Shown here one piece after another: positions 53,163 through 64,000 of a stretch of 64,000 bases of DNA. The notes under the pieces were generated by a model. That model worked only from the letters and a program-made list of their open reading frames with translations. It was not told the origin of the DNA and did no database searches. The stretch's first letter is position 1. Every line of letters begins with the position of its first letter. Source of the stretch: Priapulus caudatus (taxonomy: Eukaryota). The stretch covers positions 147,138 to 211,137 of the forward strand of contig NW_014577085.1 in NCBI RefSeq assembly GCF_000485595.1, in the 5' to 3' direction. A program made the position numbers and the translations under genes.

Positions 53163-54409
53163 TTTTTAGCTCGCCTTGACATCGTCAAGATGAGCTATTG
53201 CCATGATGCGTTGTCCGTCGTACGTCCGTCCGTCCGTCAACATTTGGCTACGGTCAACGATAATTGAGAACCGTTTGACCCATATGTTTCATACAGTTGT
53301 TACTCCTATGGGAGAGATGTGAACGTCCTATTTTGGATCACGCCAGTTGACCTACTTTTGAGCCACGCCCACTTTGTGGCAAAAATGGAAATGACCATAA
53401 GTCAGTTCAGGTTCAACGGATTTTGCTCATTTTTGGCATGTGAATGAATAAGGACTGGCCCCAAGACATATCACAGGGCTTTTGATATTTTTTTTAAATT
53501 ATGCGAATTAGGTAGATTTTGGCAATTTCACTATGCATTTCAGTGTATGCCTACGGTCAACGATAACTCAAGAACCGTTTGACCCACATGTTTCAAATTG
53601 CATACAGTTGTTACTCCTACGGGAGAGATTTGAACGTCCTATTTTGGAGCACGCCAGTCGACCTACTTTCGAGCCACGCCCACTTTTTGGCAAAAATGGA
53701 AATGGTCATAAGTCAGTTCAGGTTTAACGGATTTTGCTCATTGTTTATATGTGAATGAATAAGGACTGGCCCCAAAACATATCTTGAAAATTATGCAAAT
53801 TAGGTAGATTTTGCCAATTTCACTATGCATTTCAGTGGCTGCCTACGGTCAACGATAACTCGAGAACCGTTTGACCTACATGTTTCAAATTGCATACAGT
53901 TGTTACTCCTATGGGAGAGATTTGAACGTCCTATTTTGGAGCACGCCAGTCGACCTACTTTCGAGCCACGCCCACTTTTTGGCAAAAATGAAAATGGCCA
54001 TCTAGATTCATTCGATTTTGTTAAATTTACCTACCTATACCTACCAACCTACCTACCTACCTAATCATACCTACGTGTAATATTGTGTTTTAGATTCTTC
54101 GTTACAGTAATTTGACTGGAATATTTTATTGCTTTTATTTGCACGATAATCAAAAATCAAAATGGTGATCATTTAGGCGTAGCGCCATCTCTCGCCCAGA
54201 TTTCAGACTTTCAGATCTGAAACATTTATTTTAGCATCAAAACTAACCCTGAAACAAAGCAGTGAAATTTCTATTAGTATAAAACAGGGAATAACGACAT
54301 TTGATCAAATTTCGGTCCGTTATAAATGAAACACTTACCAAATTTTAAATATCATCTCCCTCTTCTATCACACCCAAGGTGAGCTATAGTGTCATTGACA
54401 CTTTCATTT
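53163..54409 (+). mobile_element. Helentron-associated (HINE/DINE-1-like) non-autonomous element with internal tandem repeats
   Basis: It starts in a T-run with TAGCTCGCC, then a CTTGACATCGTCAAG hairpin and a (GTCC)n microsatellite. About 2.5 internal repeat units start at 53248, 53551 and 53843. It ends with the sub-terminal inverted repeat GGTGAGCTA, the palindrome AGTGTCATTGACACT and TTCATTT. Confidence 0.85.
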
Positions 54410-57400
54410 AGATACAAGTTTTGTTCGAGTTATATTTGTTAATTACGTTCATGAACGTATAATAATTCTGCAGCAAACGGCACTGTTCGTTTGTTTTTAC
54501 CTACCGAATCGTGCCTGAGGTTCTGGAAGGGTAACTGTGGACGTCGAATCATTCAAGGGTGGCATGAAAACGTAATTTACCTAAGGTAAGCAGGATGCTG
54601 AAAATGCGCTTCCCCTAGTTGATGCCTATTAGACTTTAGACATTTTTTCGTAGCTGGAGAATTGTAAGATGGGTATAATACACCCTGTGCCATCGTCAGA
54701 GCGGGTTTAGGAATTTCTATCCTTATATGTGTAATATAGTCCATTTCTCGCCAATTTTAAGTTTGCAGTGTGATTTACGATCATGATAGTTTTAAAGGTA
54801 AAATAGCAATCATGGAACTAAAACTATCACATTATCACACTATATCCCTGCACTATTCGTCCTTTATATGGCTAACAAATGACAAACATGGGAATTATTA
54901 TCTACGCAAGAATAATATTGTATCGATTTTCTAAGCTAGTGATTTTCGTGACAATATTCGCCTGTATAATTTCGACGTTGCAAATGATCATGATTTTTCT
55001 GAAATGAACATTATCGTGGTGCCGTAGAATATTTATAAGAATTGAAGCTGATATTAACAAATTTTTTACTTTGCTTCTGATCATCTAAAGCACCACTCAC
55101 TAATGACATATCATCAGGTAATCACATTTTCAGCATTGTTCTGTCTCCTCATTTGTGCTGAGCTCCCGCAATGAATTGAAATAATATAGACACTGTGAAT
55201 TCCGTCTGAATGCCCCTGACAGTTTATCCAGTTACTCGCCCGAGCACATATAGCGCTCTTCGTCATTGCGGGTGTGAGATCCACATAGCTACTACAAAAT
55301 CTCTCTAATTACTATCTAAATTATAATCTAAATTCAAATTATAATCACATTTTGTTTGCGCGACCAGAAACCTTACACCGTTAATACAATAATTGCTACT
55401 AATGCTTACTGAAGCTGTCAAAGTGCATGTTTCACACATTACTAGATAATCGGACGTGTTAAGTTCAAGGTGTTTGCTATAGCTAGCTACCTGATGTCTT
55501 ACCGCCTCCTTACCATCCGCGAGATTGTGAGCACCGCGGCTCTAGCATCTCGCTTTTTTTTAAATATATAAATATTAAATTTTTATTAATTACACGTGTA
55601 ACCATGATAATAAGCTATGACTCGGCGTCGTGCACCCCCCAAGAGCGATGCTTTGTATCGTCTGTAACATGTGTTAGGAAACGTCTGCTCCCTAAGGTAT
55701 ATGCCATGCAGGAAATCGACCCCCTCCATTTCACAATTCGAATCAATTGAAGGGAGCGTCGTATAGATTTGTATCGCAGAATAATTTATTTCACTACACA
55801 AACAAGGGTATAGCAACACACACATTAGCGAGCATTGAGAGTAAAATATTCACATTATGCAGGCGACGTGAAATTGGATGGGCGCATATATATACGCGAA
55901 TCGCATCTAAACATTTTATAAATGAGTGAAAACTTATTGTTCGCGGGCATCAAGTGAATAGGAGCTTTTTCGTTCGCACGCCACTCGCGCGAAGGTACTT
56001 TGTCGATCACAGTGCGTTTTCTGGAGAGCCTCACTTTTCTTCATGCGTGCGGTTGAGTGCAAAGCGGTCAGGTGGACCCGACAGCTCGTGTTGGTCATGT
56101 CCGCGTAATACGCTGTACAGACGCACGACGCAGAATTACAGTGAGCCAAGCGGACAGCATTCACATCTCCGCAACTCCGAAAATGTTTTTTTTCAAAATC
56201 CCAGTGTTTTTAAAAATTCAGCAATTTATTACGTGACCTGCAAGTATTATAGACTTTCAAAATGTATGCCTTGTATGCGGCATCATGTGCCATTGTGGTA
56301 TGTCACATGCACATTATTGTACATCAACATCACAACATATATCATATCAGGAGATATCATCATATCATGGCATGCAACATCACGCGCCATCATGATGTCA
56401 TCAGGAGTGAATAATTGATCATTATTCTATTATTCACTTCTGATGGATGACATTGTACTCGTTATACGCCATCGTAACATCAGCACAGACATCATGATGT
56501 CATATATCATCGTCTCACGCTATATATATTACGCAATATTTCACATATTTTACACAATATTTTACGTATATTGCGCAATTATTGCATGGTTGCGAGGGAA
56601 ACATGGAGATTTATGGGGTTTAGGAAAAGAAGGTTGCCCGAGACTGGAGGTCGAGGATAACATTAAAAGTCCACAAAAGTGCATGTTACACGTATAACCA
56701 GGCGATATATAATTGTTGTGTTATATATTATGTAAAATCAAATAATGCTGTTACTGGCGCTGGTTGTGAGCGATGAGACCAGCCAAGATGCTAGGAACAA
56801 TTCGACATAATAGCCATAGGCCGCTCATGATTTATTTAGCATAACTTAATAAACCTGAACTCAAACGTAGCTTAAGCATTTGATAACCATCGACCGTAAT
56901 CGTTTTTCCCCATACATCATAATCCAAGGTATCTCAAATTTACCACGTTCATTCAATGATGGCGCATGCAAACTCGTAACCAAATCGCAGCTAGTGACAA
57001 GAATTTCTTGGGGATGATGTGGGGATTTGGCAGGAAATTTCGTAGTGCAGTTGCAGGTTAGGATAAATCATACTCTTGATGTTACTATCATTCAGCAGCG
57101 GCAATAATTTCCCGGTATCGCATCGCAATTCCGATGTATTTTCACCATTTGCCTACGCATATTTTTTTATGAATTCGCAGTGTGCATGCAGCCCATGCGA
57201 GATGCCTAAACGGAAACATACATGTTTACAATTTACTTTTTCTCGCGGCTGCTTTGCCCGTCAATTGAAATGCCCACGGTACGCCGATTTTATTACTTGT
57301 TAACACCAAGGCCAACGTGACTTTATTAAACAATCCTGCACTCCCCCCCCCTCCCCGTACATTCAAATCAATACTGCCGCCCAGGCCACTATACACAGCC

Positions 57401-58139
57401 ACGCTGTCGCTGGCGCTGCCTACGCTCTCGCGGGCTGCTTTCTGCGGGGACCTTTTGCATAATATAAAGTGTAGGATGTCGTGGTCGAGAGTCGCGATAG
57501 CTGCCCTTCACTAATCGCCTAGAACTGTATTTCACAATCTTTTGGATATATAATTTAACGGAAACCAACGATTTGCATTAAAGTTTTAGACAATTAGTTT
57601 TACTCGCCAACATGGCCGAGTCAGTTTAGCTTTCACTCGCCCGGCCCCATATTATTTTCACTCGACAATTGGCGAGCAGGGCGTGTCAAGCTCGCACTCT
57701 GTTTAAACGCTCGCCGGGCAGCGTACAGAATCTCGTTGTTGCTTCTAGCTGCTGCCTGTTACAGGCCGACACGATAACATCGCCAAGCTGCACTGCGGTG
57801 TAAATTTGCACTGCTGAATTGTCTGAAAAAAAATGCATACACATTTATCCAATTGCCTATGCAAAATTTATTTTGTATAGTCACAATTGCTAATGCAAAT
57901 TTTTTGGCTGCGAATTGCTTCCCTGAATTTAGGTATACAGATATTTATTGTCCTTGTACAAACGTTTGTTGGCCGGTCATCGTAGCAACCACCTGAATAT
58001 TGATTTTCACACGGGCCGGCTTTTATTTAACGGCACGTGACATGCTCGGCACCAATTATTGCAATGCTGTATTTTTACACAAACACATATAAATAGTAAA
58101 TTATTAAATTTATTTATACACACGTGCACGCATACATAC

Positions 58140-58350
<211 letters not shown>

Positions 58351-59772
58351 TATTCATAGGTATGTATGTATGGTGCCTGCCTACGTGCGTGGTGCGTGCG
58401 TGCGTGTGTGCGTGTGTGCATGTGTGTAACAGTGACAGTGTATGCATATTAGCAGGACGTTTGTAGGAGTGATCATTGAAAGAATAACCTACGGAGTGAT
58501 GATCTCCTGTCATGATTACTGTACCTCATCGCGATAAACATCATATATGCTATCCTGTCATATGCTGTCAACATATGTCACCATATAGTATAAGTAATGG
58601 AAGAGCAAGTCTCATGACTCACGCTGCAATTGCCACATGAGCGCTATTCTCCGCCATGTCCAAGTTGTAACCTAAATTAGAAGTAAACATTTGCTACCGT
58701 ATGTAATGAAACAAATGAGTTAGAAATTCACTAGGCGACGATTCTGGTGCGAAATGTGAAATAAATATATATTATGCTGCCGTAATCTACTATTATTCAT
58801 TCGTAAATGAGTTTATATTATGAATTTCTTGTTGCAATATTTGTTGCTATTTACTATTTGTTCATCCTACTGAATAATTCGTGAACATACACTAGCACAC
58901 ATGTGCGAGCAAGTTTATTTTTGAGCCGTGAACAGTCGTAATAATATTAGCTTTGTGAACCGTGTGACAACGGTATATAGAGGCTTACCCGATAATCGAG
59001 TCAGTGCATGTGGCGCATAGCGCGCGCGTGCGTCAGTGTGGTGCATATAACGCGCGCGCGTCAGTGTGGCTTACGATGGCGTGACACGGGTCACGTAGGC
59101 TACCGTACCTGTGTGTATGTGCGTGTGCGTGTGTGTGTGTGGGCACACACACACACACACAGGTTCCTGTGGGTGCGGGTGCGTGTACGTGTCTGTGATT
59201 GCGTGTACGTGCGTGTGTATGTGTGCGTGTGCGTGTACGTGTCTGTGATTGCGTATACGTGCGTGTGTATGTGTGCGTGTGCGTGCGTGTGTATATGTGC
59301 GCGCGTGTATGTGCGCGTGCGCTGGCGTTTAAAACCACATGTATATTGTGTCTCGGAGTGATACGATTTGCGATGCTGGTCATTACGTTTGGGATGGATG
59401 AGGGGCGTAATCGAATTCGGCGACGAGGTGATGAGGGAACGACTTGTTGCGAGCGGCGCGGCGGGCTGACGCTCCGCCAAGTACATTTTCTGCGACTCAG
59501 AAATATTATTTTCCGCACAAATCCCCGTATATGCGGTGCAAGCCCGCGCGACAGTTGCGCGTGCGTGCATGCGTGCGTGCGCGCGTGCGTGCGTGCGCGA
59601 ACACGCGTATTAGAGGGGGAAAGGGGTGAAGGGAGCTCTGCTGCCGATAGCGTGATTTCCACGTGATTGCATTCATGTTGGCATTTAATTACTTTCGAGT
59701 ATTTACTTTGTCAGCCGCTGAATGCTAAACATAGATGGACTGCAGAACATAGCGACTCCACGCGAATAGACC

Positions 59773-59787
59773 CGTGTGTGTGTGTGT

Positions 59788-59818
<31 letters not shown>

Positions 59819-60202
59819 TGTGGTGCGGTCGTGGCTGCGTGCGTGCGTGCGTGGCGTGCGTGCCGTGCGTGTGCGTGCGTGATGAGTGTGGCATGTGTGT
59901 GAGTGTGTGTGTGTGATGTGTGTGTGTGTCGTGTGTGTGTGTGTGTGTCGGCGTGCGTGCGTCGTGCTGCGTGTCGGCTGCGTGTGAGTGTGCACGTGAT
60001 TGGTGTGGTGTGTGTGTGTTGTTGTGTGTGTGTGTGTGTGTGTGTGTTGCGTGTGTAGTGTCTGTGTGTGTGCGTGCGCTGTGCGTGTCGTGTGAAGTTG
60101 TGCATGTGTGAGTAGTACTTTTGCTCTGTCTCTCTCTCTGCTCTCTCTCCTCTCCTCTCTCTCTCTGTATGGTGCCGTGTCGTGTGTCGTGTGTGTGTGT
60201 TG

Positions 60203-60236
<34 letters not shown>

Positions 60237-60325
60237 TCGTCTTGTGCTGTGCGGTGCGCGACGCCGTGCGCGCGCGTGCGTGCGTGCGTGCGTGCGCGTG
60301 TTTGTCCATGTGTGTGCTTGTGTGT
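59773..60325. repeat. Degenerate (GT)n/(GTGC)n/(CT)n tract
   Basis: Direct inspection. Confidence 0.9.
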
Positions 60326-62229
60326 AGTCGTGTTGATTATTATACACATGAGCTGTAATGGTTTGCCTCTAGGATACCGGCATAAGTAATTATAGGAAGC
60401 CACTTGCGTGCAAGGAGCTCGTTAGTAAACAAGCGGCTTGCGAAAGACAATGCAAGCAATGCGTCGAGCTGCATGGGGTGTAAACAGTAGCTAGCCGCTT
60501 TGCTCCTAACCTTACCCGACAATAGATAAGTAACTGATCAGCATGTGGCCTAACGGCACATTAATTAGTGTGAAACTTCATTGTCTCACTTTCCTTGTGC
60601 AAATGACAGGCGCATTCACACTGTCGGGGATTATATCCCGTGTGTAATGAACTCGTTACACTTGAGGATAGGAGGTGGTATATAGTAGGCGGTGATATTA
60701 TATATACATCGTTCATTAATCTTGTAAACGACTCATAAATTTAGCTGACGTTACTGGATATCTGGGCTGGAGTGGACCAGGTTCAAATTACTGGCTGATC
60801 TCCGATAATTACATTATTCACTTATTTAGGAACTCTGCATTAACCCGCACATTTGATTACCGTAAGTATTTACGTATATTTAGGGTTGCCACAGGTCCCG
60901 GGAGAATTCATGCGGGGGAAACTTTCCGCATGCCAGGAATTATGACGGCGATCAAGGAGAACTAGCATGTAACCACAGGCTGGGATGGAGTGGCGCAAAA
61001 TTTTAGATTATCGCGAGTATTGTTAGAAGGAAACGCCGAAGAGTGGAACTAAAGGTCAACGTGGTTATTTGCTGTCGTTCCGACGTATCCACAGGCGGTC
61101 TGGCGTTGAACGTTGAGTTACGGCGATCAAAGTTGTTCTCACCGATGTAATCATTTTTCTAACGTCTCGAATTATCTTTTGCAGTTCTTATTGCGTGGGT
61201 GGCTCGAAATCAATGGGTGCAGAGCGACGGCTGTAGGCGTGGTCGGGGGCGTTGTTATAACTGATTTTCTCGTGTATTTGGTCGGGGAAATATATGATGA
61301 ATGATCGAAAGTTCAAGAAAAAGTCAGAGAATTTTGAAGTCAGATACGTTTGGAGTCCAAGCTAATGAACCACCATGTTGTCTGTATTTCATGCCATGTT
61401 TATGAATAATTAACTTTTATTTGCTCAGTCGTCGAATAACTTAATTTATAGCTTTATGAACAATACCATCACACTATATGTTCAAACACGAAAGGCAAGT
61501 TAATATATGGAAGGAAGCCATGCAAGCCCTCTTGCTGACTGACAAATGTAGTGGTTTTTTGTAGTGGTCATTTTCTCAGATTTTGGTATTTTCTGTCCAA
61601 AAAGCCGCTATCGTGTACCCGTATATAGACGCATGGGAGGATGCTTTCTTGCCAAGTTTGTTTCCTGTTGCCTAGCTGTGGCTAGATAAGTTCAGCTAAT
61701 CTTTTTTGATGATAGAATAATGGATAAACAGGGTTTGCGGATACATGCCTGAATGCCACACTTATACTTATAGTGCAGTTATAGGAAATCGTGTCTGCCA
61801 AGTTCTATCGTTTGCAGAGGGCCGAAGATTACTATTGCTATTTGTATTGGAATGATAGAGTTTACAGTTGATACGCAGTTTATATGTGGTGAGCAGTGGT
61901 GTTTCTGTCATTAGCTGATCCTCCTGTACCTTCAACATCTGTCCCTCTTGAAGCACACACACCACTATATCACGGATATAGCTTCCGTATTAGACTGGGT
62001 TCCCAGTCGGTGAAAGTCATCATAATGTTCTAAAAATACGGTAATAAATGTCTTAAATCATCTCTGTACTTTTTGGGGAAATTTTACCCCAACCACCCAC
62101 CATGTGGTTGGGAATCTTTCAATCTCGTACCCAGAGTGCTTTGCGCTCCCGTTGCTATTTATAGTTAACACTACGCGGCGTATGTGGCGTGTAACTTTCC
62201 ACAGACTAGAATCTAGTCTACTTCCGTAT

Positions 62230-62420
62230 CTGTGACTCCTGGAGAATTAAAATCTGTCATTCCTAAACCCCTTGTTTGTCATTCCTAGAGCCCCATTGTA
62301 TCTTAATCCCTGGAGCATTCCAGCCTGTCATTCCTGGAGCCCCTTGCCCCTTATCTGTCATTCCTGGTGGCCTCTTGCCTGTTATTCCTGAAGCTCCTTG
62401 CCTGTCATTCCTCCTGGAGC
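62230..62420. repeat. Degenerate ~21-bp minisatellite
   Basis: Recurring CTGTCATTCCTGGAGC(CCCTTG). Confidence 0.75.
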
Positions 62421-62857
62421 ATCGCAATCCACCATTATGTTATCATATACATCTGTCGCCGCTCTCCAGTCTGCATTAATCACGAAAAAAACCCAGACAA
62501 ACTCGTATTTGCCGTGAAAATCGTGCCGTGAAGCGTGCTTAAACTCGTACCAAACCCCGAAGGAGGAAATCTTGAAGCGTTGGATCACCTGAGATTGCAT
62601 TCTTTGCATTTAATGAAATGTGTCTACGCATGTCATTGTTGGATTATCAGAATATCGAGGTAGGCCGGTAAGTTGGGCAGGTGTTGGTACGCGATTTCGC
62701 AGGAGCAATATGCGCGACCAGCATTAAAGACGCTAAAATTGACGAGTAACGAAATTAAAATATAAGACAAAAACTCGTGTCTAGTAATAGGAAATCCTGT
62801 TTACGTTTTTTTCAGTTTTACCCTTTGAAGATAATTTCGTTATTTAATTTTCACTTG

Positions 62858-62871
62858 GTTACCATAGCAAC
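62858..62871. promoter_or_regulatory. RFX X-box consensus match
   Basis: GTTACCATAGCAAC. Motif match only. Confidence 0.3.
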
Positions 62872-62921
62872 CACTAGAGAAAAGCAGCGCGATGGATCAG
62901 CTCACGCCCTTTGACCAATAT

Positions 62922-62959
62922 CAAGAGCAGATAATACACATGTGTATTATCTGCTCTTG
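62922..62959. mobile_element. 38-bp perfect palindrome with 7-bp TSD, related subfamily
   Basis: CAAGAGCAGATAATACACATGTGTATTATCTGCTCTTG flanked by CCAATAT on both sides. Confidence 0.85.
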
Positions 62960-63835
62960 CCAATATCGGTAGTAAGTAGTAATAGGAAGATTGCTCGAGG
63001 CAAAGAAATCATTCTCTATCTGCCGTCATGATTACAGAGAGGCAGACGCCCCTGTGCTTGCATACTAATATATGCCAAATAAATAGCGTGTAATCACGAA
63101 GGCAGTGCAAACCCTGCGGTACATATTGCAAAAAACGTGCTGAACAGGATTCTGCGTGTTAGGTTGTTTATTCAGGTTGTTCTGTTTTTGATAGTGCGGA
63201 TCATTTCTACCTTACTAGTTAGTATAGTAGTGTAGTGTATGACGCTAGTTATTGTTATAGTGTTGTAGCATCCTACTGATCATTTCGAAATAAGCTGGCG
63301 CTGTAGAGAACTAGCATGAACTAGCTTTCTAGGGCATTCATATCGTTCGTACAACTCCTGGATGGCAGGCAAATTACAGATTCGCGAACCTTACCCCGGG
63401 GACATTAAGTTCGTGTTGACTGAGAATATCCGATGCTTCCCTCCGCACGACGTGGTGATATCGTATATTGGCATGAACTAAGAGATGCACTGGGTACACA
63501 TCAGGAATAAACCTTCACGTCGAAATCCCCAGCAGCTGAATAAACGATCAGCGTACGTCAGCGCTAAATTTGCACTCCATTGCCAGAGTATTCGGCATCC
63601 TAGATATGTTTTCCCTTTTCTCGTTTGGATAGTAAATTTGACTGTTGCAACTGACAACGAAAATATGGCGTCTATCCCAAAATTGTCTTGCATGATCCGA
63701 ACGAAATACGAGGAACATTAATTTTGATGCTTTCCCTATTTAAATAGCCGCAATGTTTTCAGAGGGTCTCTTAAATACCTCCTGGCGGTATTAACTACTG
63801 TGCGGAAACACACGCGACTATAGAAGCTAGTACAC

Positions 63836-64000
63836 ATCACAGGCTAATCTCTTAAGACAACGGGCTAATCTTGCAGCAAATCACAGGCTAATCTTACAGA
63901 ACATTACAGACTATTCTTTTAAAACAACGGGGTAATCTTCCAGTACATCACACTCACAGGCTAATGTTGCTGCACACCACAGGCTAATGTTGCTGCACAC
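63836..64000. repeat. Degenerate ~22-bp minisatellite running off the window end
   Basis: Recurring CACAGGCTAAT(C/G)TT. Confidence 0.75.

Noticed and set aside
55934..56164. Cys-spaced ORF (AHCNSASCVCTAYY) resembling an EGF/EB module
   Set aside because: There are no convincing splice sites, the Cys pattern is incomplete and it is likely chance.

Overview
This is repeat-rich animal (probably invertebrate) genomic DNA from a draft assembly with two N gaps (26221-26541, 45661-45670). Several stretches look like error-rich long-read gap fill. No intact host protein-coding gene can be supported, and nearly all long ORFs in the track are translations of microsatellites or minisatellites. Recognisable content includes a 5'-truncated RTE-type LINE (12515-13712, minus), an internally deleted Helitron that keeps both ends and a PIF1-helicase fragment (50342-51647, minus), three Helentron/DINE-1-like non-autonomous elements (one with internal ~300-bp tandem repeats), many MITEs with differing target-site duplications (TSDs; TTAA, 5, 6 and 9 bp), a tRNA-derived SINE-like head and many simple repeats. 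The most unusual signal is a dispersed family of eight very short (38-69 bp) palindromes with CA(A/G)GAG-NNN-ATAA termini, four of them flanked by clean 7-bp TSDs. They fit P-element-superfamily excision footprints or minimal hairpin elements (inference). Weak candidates for host exons on the minus strand are a signal-peptide-like exon near 10.3 kb and garbled Cys-rich-domain-like exons at 40.5-41.7 kb.
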